A stretch of 64,000 bases of DNA from an uncultured virus (IMG/VR IMGVR_UViG_3300030116_005269) (taxonomy: Duplodnaviria > Heunggongvirae > Uroviricota > Caudoviricetes). The stretch is taken from positions 1 to 64,000 of the IMG/VR virus record IMGVR_UViG_3300030116_005269, one strand, 5' to 3'. Below are positions 49,835-58,516 of this stretch, piece by piece. The notes under the pieces are model-generated. The model was not told the origin of the DNA. It worked only from the letters and a program-made list of their open reading frames with translations, and did no database searches. Each line of letters opens with the position of its first letter. Position 1 is the stretch's first letter. The position numbers and the translations under genes were made by a program.

Positions 49835-50068
49835 ATGAAAGTAGATGTCCTTTTGATTTCGACTTTACATACAAGTTCCGGTAGCTTTCAGCTGACTATC
49901 TTGTCGGATGGCACAGGTACGGCAGAAATCTTCGGTGAAACCGTGCAATTAAAACGCAACGGTAATAAAATAGATATATCAGGTAAATTCAACGCACGCG
50001 ACTTTAAGCGTGGCGCTGAGGAAAGAGATGAAATAGTATCATGGCTGAAAGAGGAAATGAAGCTATAA
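49835..50068 (+). CDS. hypothetical protein, antisense to the head module
   Basis: ORF track; own promoter. Confidence 0.55.
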   Translation: MKVDVLLISTLHTSSGSFQLTILSDGTGTAEIFGETVQLKRNGNKIDISGKFNARDFKRGAEERDEIVSWLKEEMKL

Positions 50069-50268
50069 AAACTGTAAGAGCGGACAAAGAATTTCAAAAA
50101 TTCATGGATGTTGTTGCAGTTAGTGACAAAACAAATAGAAATAAAATTATCACCGATTGGCTAGCATTGTTGTCTAGCGAAGAGCAAATTAGGTTAGTTA
50201 ATAAACTTAAAGAGCGTGGTGTAGATTATATACCTAACGAAAATACTAGATTTTTTGAAACTTCTTAA
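50041..50268 (+). CDS. hypothetical protein
   Basis: ORF track; overlaps the previous ORF and converges on the portal stop. Confidence 0.5.
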   Translation: MAERGNEAIKTVRADKEFQKFMDVVAVSDKTNRNKIITDWLALLSSEEQIRLVNKLKERGVDYIPNENTRFFETS

Positions 50269-52889
50269 TTTCTAAAATCTTTTATTTTTCTTAATTTTGA
50301 TATTGGTTGTGTGACAGACCTGTCTGTTTTCTTATGCGACCCATCTTCCATAATCGCCCAAACAACCATTGTTGCTTCTTGATCGGTATTGTTTACTGAA
50401 CTTACTACACCGTGAACAGTTGACGGTGGATCTGGATCTTTATTTATTGACCAAGACACAGTATCTCCAACTTTGACAGACTCTGCTTTTTCACTTCTAG
50501 CTGAGTTCATCTCAACTTCTGCTAAAGCCTCTGCCTCTTCGGTAGATACATTAATTTCCTCAATAATAAGGCTTGCATTTTTCTTTGAACTTAATGGGTG
50601 ATTGCTTGGTAGTAAATCTGTGTCATAAGGTTTTCTTTTAAATTTACCTGTTCTTAAAGCTCTTAATAGTCCATTCACTCTGGCCATTGCCCACTGCTGA
50701 GGTCCTGCAACATTACCTCTTACTGACCCCGGATTGTTTTGATATGCAGCTAAACCTCTATTGTAAGACGCTGTTAGCATTCTTAATGTAGCTCTATACT
50801 TAGGATTTTTTGAATTATGATCTTCAACTTTTTTCCTTAAACTAGCTTTTACTTTTTCACTAAGCGCTTTTTCTTCTATTTCTAGTAATAAAGCTTCTTG
50901 TATTTTTCTTCTTTCACGAATTACTTTTTTGTATTCATTTACAATTTTTTTCATAGAACTAACACCAGATTTAGTGACGCCACCCCATTTCATTACTGCG
51001 ATAGTACCGTTTAATCTTGTATTGCCTTTGTGACGATTCATAAATCTTTCTCTACGCTTTACCCAACTTAAAACAGATCCTGATCTATCACCGGAACGAT
51101 ATTTACCCCAACGATTAAATGCGTCATTACCTGTAAATGAAGTTGGTGGATTACCACCTGTACCGGCTCTACGCCAAATTTCAGGCCAATCCTCTTTTAG
51201 ATTTTTTACATAGTTGTAATCAGGAAATTGTTTATGTTGTGAATTAGAAATTGAAATTGTTTGATTATCACCTGATCTTGGAAAGTTAGTTATCTTAGGT
51301 GCTTTCTCATCTTTTTTCATACGAGATAATGCTTCATTGGCCTGTGTTTCACTTTCATAACATTTTATAACTTCGTTAGTATCGTGATCTAAAATACACC
51401 AAGCACCGTTAGGCATTTCGGCTACATACTTTTCTTCGGTCAAACGAGTCGGTGTAGGTTTTAAGATACCTGACCTTTGACTATCTACTTGTGCGCCACC
51501 GGTTGTTAAAACTTTATCAATAAGTTGTTTAGCAATTTCTACAACAGGATCTTCTTTTGGCTCTTCTTCTTTAGGTGGATCTTCTTGTACGGGTCTTTCG
51601 CCGTTAGCACTAACCTCAACCATATTTAGTGGTCTTAAATATACATCGTGTGTTTCGTCAGTTGAAAGTCCTGCTTGTTTTCTTGCTTCACCTATTGTCA
51701 CCCAACCACCGCTAACAGCAGTATTCATTCTTTTATAAACATCATCTTTATCTTGTGATAAAGCTCTTACATCGTCTAAGTTGTATTTTATGTGAAGCTC
51801 TTGTGCGCTGAAATCTTTTCTTAATAATTGATGTGTTAGCTCGGATGCAACTGATTTCCATAGCGGTACTAATTTTTGTTCGGTAAAAAACTCTCTAAGT
51901 TCACGAGTATTGTTATATGTAGCTGCGTCCAAACCTGCACCTAGTCCGGCCAATATTGCAGGTACACCTAAAACTGCGGAAACTCTTTCTTCAGGGATCT
52001 TCCTTAGTTCAGCTAAATTCATTTGATCTGGTGAGAAAGATACGACTTCTACATTCATTGATCCCGATAAGACCATAGGTGCGCCACGATTTTTTCCGCC
52101 GAACTTTTGTTTATACATAGCGGATATTGCTTCTGCCTCTTCTTTCGAAGGACCGCCCATTGAGTCATCTTTGGGTGAGAGGATGACACCGGGTACAGCC
52201 ATGTTATGTAAGAGTGCTGCTGCATACTGTCCTGCCGCTTCATCACCCAAGATTTCTCTTAATACAGATTTTAATGGGGCGAATCCGCGCCTATGGTTAT
52301 TAGGGTCAATACCATTTCGTATATGCACAATATCATTGGTTGGAACGACTATACTATTACCCCCAAGACCACCATAAGGGCTGTACTTAAAATGTGTTAT
52401 CAATGTATCTTCATCACCTTTTGGCTCTACTAAGTTTGGCATCAAAGGAACGAGCTGTACCACACTTCCGTCAGTATTTCGGTTTTTATATAAATAAGCG
52501 TCACCATAAGCAGATAATGAAACGACAATATAGTGAGCAAGTAAAGTTCCGGAAGTAAAAGGATTAGGTCTTTCTAAAAGTTTTATAATAGGATGATCTT
52601 TTACAAATTCAAAATCGCCGGCGTCCGTATCTTTATAAACTAAAGGTCTTGGCTCAGCAAAAGAAGTTGCTAAAACATTTAAACAAGCGACTACTGCTGA
52701 GTTGTTAGATCCATCTCCAATATCATCTAACGAGGTTGTAGGCCAATATCCTGAATCTGTGTTATAGCCGTAAACAGCTCTATCTAAAGCTGTTTGTTGA
52801 TTGTATCTATTGTATTTTTGTTCTTGTCTTTTAGTTGGTGCGTTTAAAAATTCTATTGCTCTTTGCACCCGTGATTTGTTTTCTGCCAT
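50265..52889 (-). CDS. portal protein (HK97-like) with long multi-domain C-terminal extension
   Basis: LLERPNP, GDAY, IVHIR, GFAPL, PGVIL, GVPAILAG, TIGEARK. Confidence 0.92.
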   Translation of the reverse strand: MAENKSRVQRAIEFLNAPTKRQEQKYNRYNQQTALDRAVYGYNTDSGYWPTTSLDDIGDGSNNSAVVACLNVLATSFAEPRPLVYKDTDAGDFEFVKDHPIIKLLERPNPFTSGTLLAHYIVVSLSAYGDAYLYKNRNTDGSVVQLVPLMPNLVEPKGDEDTLITHFKYSPYGGLGGNSIVVPTNDIVHIRNGIDPNNHRRGFAPLKSVLREILGDEAAGQYAAALLHNMAVPGVILSPKDDSMGGPSKEEAEAISAMYKQKFGGKNRGAPMVLSGSMNVEVVSFSPDQMNLAELRKIPEERVSAVLGVPAILAGLGAGLDAATYNNTRELREFFTEQKLVPLWKSVASELTHQLLRKDFSAQELHIKYNLDDVRALSQDKDDVYKRMNTAVSGGWVTIGEARKQAGLSTDETHDVYLRPLNMVEVSANGERPVQEDPPKEEEPKEDPVVEIAKQLIDKVLTTGGAQVDSQRSGILKPTPTRLTEEKYVAEMPNGAWCILDHDTNEVIKCYESETQANEALSRMKKDEKAPKITNFPRSGDNQTISISNSQHKQFPDYNYVKNLKEDWPEIWRRAGTGGNPPTSFTGNDAFNRWGKYRSGDRSGSVLSWVKRRERFMNRHKGNTRLNGTIAVMKWGGVTKSGVSSMKKIVNEYKKVIRERRKIQEALLLEIEEKALSEKVKASLRKKVEDHNSKNPKYRATLRMLTASYNRGLAAYQNNPGSVRGNVAGPQQWAMARVNGLLRALRTGKFKRKPYDTDLLPSNHPLSSKKNASLIIEEINVSTEEAEALAEVEMNSARSEKAESVKVGDTVSWSINKDPDPPSTVHGVVSSVNNTDQEATMVVWAIMEDGSHKKTDRSVTQPISKLRKIKDFRN

Positions 52890-54131
52890 TTAATATGCCG
52901 TCCATTCCCGTTTGGCCTGTGCGCTTAAAACTCCATAACCGATTGCGTCCACTATGTCATCATGATGACCTACCGGAAAACTCATTAATTCTCTTTCCAC
53001 TTCGGGCAACCACATAGCGCCCTGTCTTAAATACAGATCTCCGCTTTCCATTCTTGCGGCTAAAGGTAAAGCTCTTGAAACTTTATCTTTGTCAGCACGC
53101 AACTCTTTAACAGCAAGACCATCCCTTTTCGCAAATTGGATAAGCGAAAGCTGGAAACCTGCTCGTTCCATTCCTACCCATTGTAAATCATATTCCGCCA
53201 TTTTTTGTCTTATTCGGGGTATTATGTCCGGCGCTTCCATCCTTTGTCGATCAACATCAAGTAGCAATATTTTACCCATTGGCGTCACGGCAAAACTAGC
53301 TATTACTGTATAGTCAGCACCCTCTTGTATTGAAGTAGCTAAGTCAACAGTACAAAACCTAGAACAATCATATAATTCTACGGTTTCACCACTAGCAAAA
53401 AATCTACCATTTTTTTCCTTAAAATATCTAAGCCAATCAGGTTGCAACATACCCTGTCCCGCTTCTACAAATTCAGCTAAATACTCTTGAGCGTAAACTA
53501 TTGACCCTACTTCATCTTTTGCTTTTTCTACTTCTTCTCGATCAATAAAAGGGTTGTCAAATGTAGCAAATTGGAATTTTTCCCAATCGTCTTTTTTATC
53601 AGCAAATTCCCATAATTCATAAAACCAATTATTCATACCCATAGGTGTTGAGATAAATAAAGCACCACCTTTTCTTTCAGTAAGAGTAGGTCTTAATACT
53701 TGATGCCACACATCAGGTTTTACGAACGCGGCTTCGTCCATTACTAAGAAATCCAAACCCTCACCACGAAGTCTATGTGGCGTATCGGCTGATCTAACTG
53801 CAATAGATCCACCTCCGGGAAACTTTACTTCCATATTGACCAATGATATTTCAGGCTCTATTGCTTCTGGAAATGATCTGGCTGACTCTAAAATGTCACG
53901 CCAACCAACTCTTGCTATTGTGTAGGTAGGTGCTACCCACCAAGCTCTTTTACCTGCTAAAGCAGTTTGTAAACATAATTGAACGCCTAGTCTTGATTTA
54001 CCAAATCGCCGTCCTGCACATAATATTTTCCAACGAGCGTCGCTTTCAGCAACTTTTAATTGTGCTTCGTGTAATTCAGGAAATTCTGCAATTACTGTGC
54101 GACCGGCTTTATTATTTACTTGAACATCCAT
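52890..54131 (-). CDS. terL: terminase large subunit
   Basis: AGRRFGKS, LRGEG..LVMDEAAF, ISTP, VDLA, HDDIVDA. Confidence 0.95.
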   Translation of the reverse strand: MDVQVNNKAGRTVIAEFPELHEAQLKVAESDARWKILCAGRRFGKSRLGVQLCLQTALAGKRAWWVAPTYTIARVGWRDILESARSFPEAIEPEISLVNMEVKFPGGGSIAVRSADTPHRLRGEGLDFLVMDEAAFVKPDVWHQVLRPTLTERKGGALFISTPMGMNNWFYELWEFADKKDDWEKFQFATFDNPFIDREEVEKAKDEVGSIVYAQEYLAEFVEAGQGMLQPDWLRYFKEKNGRFFASGETVELYDCSRFCTVDLATSIQEGADYTVIASFAVTPMGKILLLDVDRQRMEAPDIIPRIRQKMAEYDLQWVGMERAGFQLSLIQFAKRDGLAVKELRADKDKVSRALPLAARMESGDLYLRQGAMWLPEVERELMSFPVGHHDDIVDAIGYGVLSAQAKREWTAY

Positions 54132-54148
54132 CAAGTAAAGTTTAGCAA

Positions 54149-55219
54149 CTAATTATCGTGAACTTTGTTTAATACGATTATATAAGCTGTTGTGTCAACA
54201 AGACTTTTTTGCTGTATAGCGGTAAGCTCGCTGTCTTTTGTGACTAGATATTTAGATTTAGCAGTAATTACTTGTTCAAGATCAAAATTCATAGTGTTCT
54301 CTACAAGTCTAAATAAATCTTGTAAATTGAAATCAGGATAGTTTCTTGTAATTATTGCTACTTTAGAATTTAAAGAACAACTTGTGCTTAGACTTAGTAT
54401 TGTTCTAGCTAAATAATTTTCAATATCTACTCTACCCATATTGTACTCTGCGTCCAAAGAATTAAATATAATAAAGTCTGCTTCGCCCATGCTTGCAGGG
54501 AATCTATCGTTTATAAAATCAAATTTTTCTACTTTCTTAGCGCTTGGGATCGGATCAAGATCATAAGACTTACAATCAAAACCCATAGCTGTTGCAACAT
54601 CTTTTGTGACTTGGAACTTATCACTCATATCAATAAGTTTTGTTTCGCTAGGAACTCCACCATAAAAATAAAGTAAATTACCTATAAGTTGTGGGTGTGT
54701 TTTGTTTTCCTCGTCATATCCATACAATTCATTTTTTTTACCAAAAGACCAAAATGTTGTTGGCTTGTAATTTAAACCTAGATCTTCTAAATCAACATTG
54801 TCGCTTTCTATAATTGTTTCTAAAACTTTTTGTTTTTTAATTATTGACCTTAGTGCTTTTACAGACAAGCCCTCGTCAAGAGCTTTATCTAAATATTCTT
54901 TTTGCAATCCTGCGTCTAATGATGCAACCTCCGAGTGATGTGTCCAAGACAATTCGGGATTTCGTCTTTCTAAAGGTACTTTATTTGCAACATAAGAAGC
55001 CTTACTAAAAGTATTGTAAGGTATTTCCATATTCAAAGCTTGTGCTGCGAGTTCACCATATTTGCGATCGCCAAAGTTCCACCAATCACCAAGCCACCAC
55101 ATAATATTTTGAGTTGCTTGCATTAGGTTTTGTCCTATTTCCAACCATTGCTCATAAGTAAGATCTTCTGCAAATTGGTAATAGTTGCTATCACGCTTAG
55201 TTTCTACTATCTCTCCCAT
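54149..55219 (-). CDS. LmbU-like N-terminal DNA-binding domain fused to a degenerate MTase-like domain
   Basis: WWLGDW...LSWTHHSEVA; C-terminal PQLIGNLL, LID, YDL, FIIFN. Confidence 0.5.
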   Translation of the reverse strand: MGEIVETKRDSNYYQFAEDLTYEQWLEIGQNLMQATQNIMWWLGDWWNFGDRKYGELAAQALNMEIPYNTFSKASYVANKVPLERRNPELSWTHHSEVASLDAGLQKEYLDKALDEGLSVKALRSIIKKQKVLETIIESDNVDLEDLGLNYKPTTFWSFGKKNELYGYDEENKTHPQLIGNLLYFYGGVPSETKLIDMSDKFQVTKDVATAMGFDCKSYDLDPIPSAKKVEKFDFINDRFPASMGEADFIIFNSLDAEYNMGRVDIENYLARTILSLSTSCSLNSKVAIITRNYPDFNLQDLFRLVENTMNFDLEQVITAKSKYLVTKDSELTAIQQKSLVDTTAYIIVLNKVHDN

Positions 55220-55254
55220 AACTTTATTTTACTATATTAAATGTTTAGTGTGAC

Positions 55255-55314
55255 AAAAAAAGAAAATTCCGGTTGCTCTAGGGGAAACAATTATAAAAAC
55301 CTAGAGCTACCAGA
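55255..55314 (-). terminator. long-stem terminator-like hairpin after thioredoxin
   Basis: 15-bp stem (one mismatch), 17-nt loop, followed by ATTTTCTTTTTTT. Confidence 0.6.
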
Positions 55315-55318
55315 TATA

Positions 55319-55639
55319 TCAAGTAATATGCTTTGCAAAAGAATCTTTTACATTTCCAATATTTACATTGGAACGAACTTCAGCAACAGGCAATCCTTTG
55401 TTAAACGCTATAAAGGTTGGCACACTATAAATACTATAATGTTGAGCAATCTTTGGTGCTTGGTCAATATCAAGTGCGACAAATTCGCAATCTTGATCTT
55501 CCCAAGACTTAGCAAGATTTTCTACTGCCGGTGTTATCTGCTTACATGGTTGACACCAATCAGCTTCAAATTTTACGATAGTAGTAGTATCTCTAAGTAC
55601 TGTGTCTGTGAAGTCCTCTTGATTTATTTTGCGTATCAT
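55319..55639 (-). CDS. thioredoxin
   Basis: FEADWCQPCK, SVPT. ATG 55639 lies 6 nt after TATAGT. Confidence 0.92.
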   Translation of the reverse strand: MIRKINQEDFTDTVLRDTTTIVKFEADWCQPCKQITPAVENLAKSWEDQDCEFVALDIDQAPKIAQHYSIYSVPTFIAFNKGLPVAEVRSNVNIGNVKDSFAKHIT

Positions 55640-55688
55640 AGTTTTACTATAATAACACAACTGAAATCATAGTTGGTAAAATAAATAT

Positions 55689-55832
55689 ATGAAAAAAATT
55701 AAAACTGTAAAAAAAGAACACGCTCCAACAATGAATAGAAAAGCTCGTCGTCAACTTGCAAAAAAAATTAGAAAAGATTTGGGCAAGGCTGTACCGTTAG
55801 ATACAGCCGATGATGGGAGGAAGTCGGTTTAG
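55689..55832 (+). CDS. 47-aa basic protein
   Basis: Manual: MKKIKTVKKEHAPTMNRKARRQLAKK...; TGGTAAAAT 6 nt upstream. Confidence 0.6.
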   Translation: MKKIKTVKKEHAPTMNRKARRQLAKKIRKDLGKAVPLDTADDGRKSV

Positions 55833-55880
55833 TAGCCGACCTAACTATCATAGACTATTTGATTTTAGTTTCAGGTAAAT

Positions 55881-55908
55881 AAAAAGAGTCGGTTGCCCGA
55901 CTCTCTTT
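55881..55908. terminator. bidirectional terminator
   Basis: AAAAAGAGTCGG-TTGC-CCGACTCTCTTT between convergent genes. Confidence 0.75.
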
Positions 55909-55982
55909 ACCGTATCAACAAAGGGCTGCTTTATTGAAATCTATTCTTACTATGGACTACCATAGACGATTACAATACTATT

Positions 55983-56180
55983 CTACTTCTCGTCAAATTT
56001 TTTGCAAATACCTAAGTATAAATTTACAAGATCGTCTGCGTCTTGTACTAAGTTAATACCTTTTATTCTCATATAATTAAATTGTTTTAAAACAATTTCT
56101 TTAAGATCACCATCGCTAATAAGTTCGTCAATAGCGTCTTCTCTTTTTGTTCCCGGAGGAAAATTTGGTATCTCAGCCAT
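55983..56180 (-). CDS. hypothetical protein
   Basis: ORF track; TAATG coupling. Confidence 0.65.
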   Translation of the reverse strand: MAEIPNFPPGTKREDAIDELISDGDLKEIVLKQFNYMRIKGINLVQDADDLVNLYLGICKKFDEK

Positions 56181-56365
56181 TAAATTGTCCCTTCTGCTTT
56201 TATTCCCGTCAAAGCTTCGTATTCGTCATTTTCTACAGGTGAGATAGTTGGCGGTATATAATCTTTTTCAGTTAAAAACATATCCCACAACTTTTGCAAA
56301 GCGTCATCCGAGTTCTTCGCTGTGACTTGAAAAGTTATTTTATAGTCAATTAACGGCTCACTCAT
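56180..56365 (-). CDS. hypothetical protein
   Basis: ORF track; V.A...DA pattern shared with the next gene. Confidence 0.6.
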   Translation of the reverse strand: MSEPLIDYKITFQVTAKNSDDALQKLWDMFLTEKDYIPPTISPVENDEYEALTGIKAEGTI

Positions 56366-56555
56366 TTGTACCTTCTATCTCTGTGTACTTCTTAACAATA
56401 TCACATTGATAGTTAATTTTAGCCTGCCACAACAAATCTTTTTGAGAACTTTGTTTAAAATCAAATATTTCTTGTACTTTTTTTATTGCTTCCGTTTCAT
56501 TATCAGCTTCAAGTATGTAGTCCTCTGTCGTTTCAAAGCTAACCATTATTTTCAT
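56358..56555 (-). CDS. hypothetical protein
   Basis: ORF track; GGGAGG RBS. Confidence 0.6.
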   Translation of the reverse strand: MKIMVSFETTEDYILEADNETEAIKKVQEIFDFKQSSQKDLLWQAKINYQCDIVKKYTEIEGTNE

Positions 56556-56570
56556 TTACTGCCTCCCTGA

Positions 56571-56668
56571 TTCTATTCTACTCTATTCTATTATACTCTA
56601 TTCTACTCTTATCTACTCTACTCTAGCGCGTTATTGTCACAAATTGTCACGATTTGTCACATGTGACA
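56571..56668. repeat. pentamer array plus three phased TTGTCAC repeats (origin-like)
   Basis: About 11 (C/T)TCTA-like units; TTGTCAC at 56634, 56644 and 56654; palindrome TGTCACATGTGACA. Confidence 0.75.
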
Positions 56669-56787
56669 TACAAAAATAAATAGTCAATATTTATGGGATT
56701 TTAAAAGATTGTAGTCGGCGACAAGTTTACAAAATGTTAACAATTAAAGGCTGTTAATGTTTTGCAAAACTGCTATATTTGTTAGCT

Positions 56788-56931
56788 ATGGATTATTTTT
56801 TAGGATTTATATTTGGTTTCTTTGTTAAAGAAACATTAGCGTATCTCAAGCAACTAAGCGATTGGGATTACGATAACCGCCGTGGTTATGAATTTGATTT
56901 AGATCCTCTTACTGAGGACGATTTACCTTAG
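56788..56931 (+). CDS. 47-aa small membrane protein
   Basis: Manual: MDYFLGFIFGFFVKETL...; TGCTATATT upstream. Confidence 0.55.
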   Translation: MDYFLGFIFGFFVKETLAYLKQLSDWDYDNRRGYEFDLDPLTEDDLP

Positions 56932-58516
56932 TAATCTCAGGGTCAAAGATCAAAGTATCTTCTATCAATGACCTTATAATTAAACGACCCGTCAATTCCA
57001 TAAACTGTGGAACTACACCATTACCTAAAGCTTTAAGTCTATCAATGTCGTTGTCTTGTCTTTCAGCAACTCTGTTTATTTGATCTTCCCAAGAATTATC
57101 AACACCCCAAGAGTTTATTTGTCCAAGTTCAGCCAACCATCTGGAAATCCCATGAGTCTGGTCACCCATTCCGGATTCAGCCTTTGACCAATCAATTCTG
57201 GATTCCGTTCCCCAACATCCATCTCTAAAGTAGAGCCATGCGACCCACTCGCTACTGACGGAGCTTTCTTGTTCACGGGCTTGCTTGCTTGACTTGCCCT
57301 CGGTGTTGAAAACCTTTCCCTCACTTGTACTTTGTCCGCTAGATTGAGGGATCGATCCTCGCCCCCGTTCTTTGCTATCCGGCGTCCCTTCTCGTTCAGT
57401 TTGAGATTGAGATGTTCGTTGTCCTGTGTCGAGGGTGTCGGCCACATTTCCACTTCCTCTTTGGTTTTCCACTCTATCACTTCTATCGTCGTCAATTCTT
57501 TGTCGAACTTCACTTCCGTCAAGTGTGGCTTGATCTTGCTCCAATCCTCTATGCTCGGGTAATTGAATCCTTTGTCGTCCTTCCTGTACCAATGATCGAC
57601 CGTCGTTTTCTTTATTCCGGTTTTCTTGGCTAGTTCCGTCGCCCCTATTTGACTCCTTATGTATTCCGTCCACTCCTTTTGTGTTGGTAGTAGTGGTCTT
57701 TCCACCATCTCGTGATCTTGGTAATACTCCATCAAGCTCGGGTCTTTCTCTATCATTTCCATCCAAACTTGATCGCTCAATGTTCTTTGTACTCTGTGTC
57801 CCGACGATCTCCTCGTTTTCCCCTGCATAAGTTTCGTTGCGTGTTTCAACGAGTCGTCTTTGTTGTCCATTGTTGTAGGAGTCAACCAAATCTTTGGATT
57901 TTCTCGTAAGTTCCCAGTGCCTTTTCTTTTGCTCTTCCTCTCGGGATCTCCACGATACAACGCTCTCTCCAAAGCGTCCCCTGACCTCGGCTCTAAGTAA
58001 TCCATAGTGTTTGGGGTCTCCCACGATTCCAACTCCCACCCATCTTTGTCTTTTGTGTCTTGCTCCAACGAATTTTGCTGATATAAGTTGCCATTCAAAT
58101 CGATAATACCGCATTTCGGCCACACCTTTGATGACACGGTTAATGGCTTCTCCGTTGCTTGCTCGGAGGATGTTTGGGACATTTTCCAAGATAAAGATTG
58201 GTGGTCGTATCTCATCAATAAATCTTTCGACTTCATCCCATAACCATCTTTCATCTTTTACTCCTTTTTGATTTCCTGCAACGCTTACCGGTTGACACGG
58301 AAACCCTGCTGTCAAAATATCTACTTTTGATAGATACTTTGTATTTACTTTTTCTATATCTTTATTTAAAACTAAAGTATTTGGAAAGTTCTTTTCTAGT
58401 ATTTTACAACAAAAATCGTCATTTTCTACCGCCCAAGCAACTTCATCAATAAGACCTGATCGTAGTAAACCAAGCTCTATACCACCAATACCTGAAAATA
58501 AACTACCTAGTTTCAA
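56909..58516 (-). CDS. DNA (cytosine-5) methyltransferase, alpha chain
   Basis: LFSGIGG, GFPCQ, ENV, HKRQR, RLKALGNGVVPQ; no recognisable motif IX. Confidence 0.9.
   Translation of the reverse strand: MKLGSLFSGIGGIELGLLRSGLIDEVAWAVENDDFCCKILEKNFPNTLVLNKDIEKVNTKYLSKVDILTAGFPCQPVSVAGNQKGVKDERWLWDEVERFIDEIRPPIFILENVPNILRASNGEAINRVIKGVAEMRYYRFEWQLISAKFVGARHKRQRWVGVGIVGDPKHYGLLRAEVRGRFGESVVSWRSREEEQKKRHWELTRKSKDLVDSYNNGQQRRLVETRNETYAGENEEIVGTQSTKNIERSSLDGNDRERPELDGVLPRSRDGGKTTTTNTKGVDGIHKESNRGDGTSQENRNKENDGRSLVQEGRQRIQLPEHRGLEQDQATLDGSEVRQRIDDDRSDRVENQRGSGNVADTLDTGQRTSQSQTEREGTPDSKERGRGSIPQSSGQSTSEGKVFNTEGKSSKQAREQESSVSSEWVAWLYFRDGCWGTESRIDWSKAESGMGDQTHGISRWLAELGQINSWGVDNSWEDQINRVAERQDNDIDRLKALGNGVVPQFMELTGRLIIRSLIEDTLIFDPEITKVNRPQ
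57115..58254 (-). CDS. nested out-of-frame C5-MTase beta chain
   Basis: 379-aa ORF with W.TP repeats and terminal RLNPEWVTRLMGFPDGW (motif IX). Confidence 0.8.
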   Translation of the reverse strand: MKDGYGMKSKDLLMRYDHQSLSWKMSQTSSEQATEKPLTVSSKVWPKCGIIDLNGNLYQQNSLEQDTKDKDGWELESWETPNTMDYLEPRSGDALERALYRGDPERKSKRKGTGNLRENPKIWLTPTTMDNKDDSLKHATKLMQGKTRRSSGHRVQRTLSDQVWMEMIEKDPSLMEYYQDHEMVERPLLPTQKEWTEYIRSQIGATELAKKTGIKKTTVDHWYRKDDKGFNYPSIEDWSKIKPHLTEVKFDKELTTIEVIEWKTKEEVEMWPTPSTQDNEHLNLKLNEKGRRIAKNGGEDRSLNLADKVQVRERFSTPRASQASKPVNKKAPSVASGSHGSTLEMDVGERNPELIGQRLNPEWVTRLMGFPDGWLNLDK

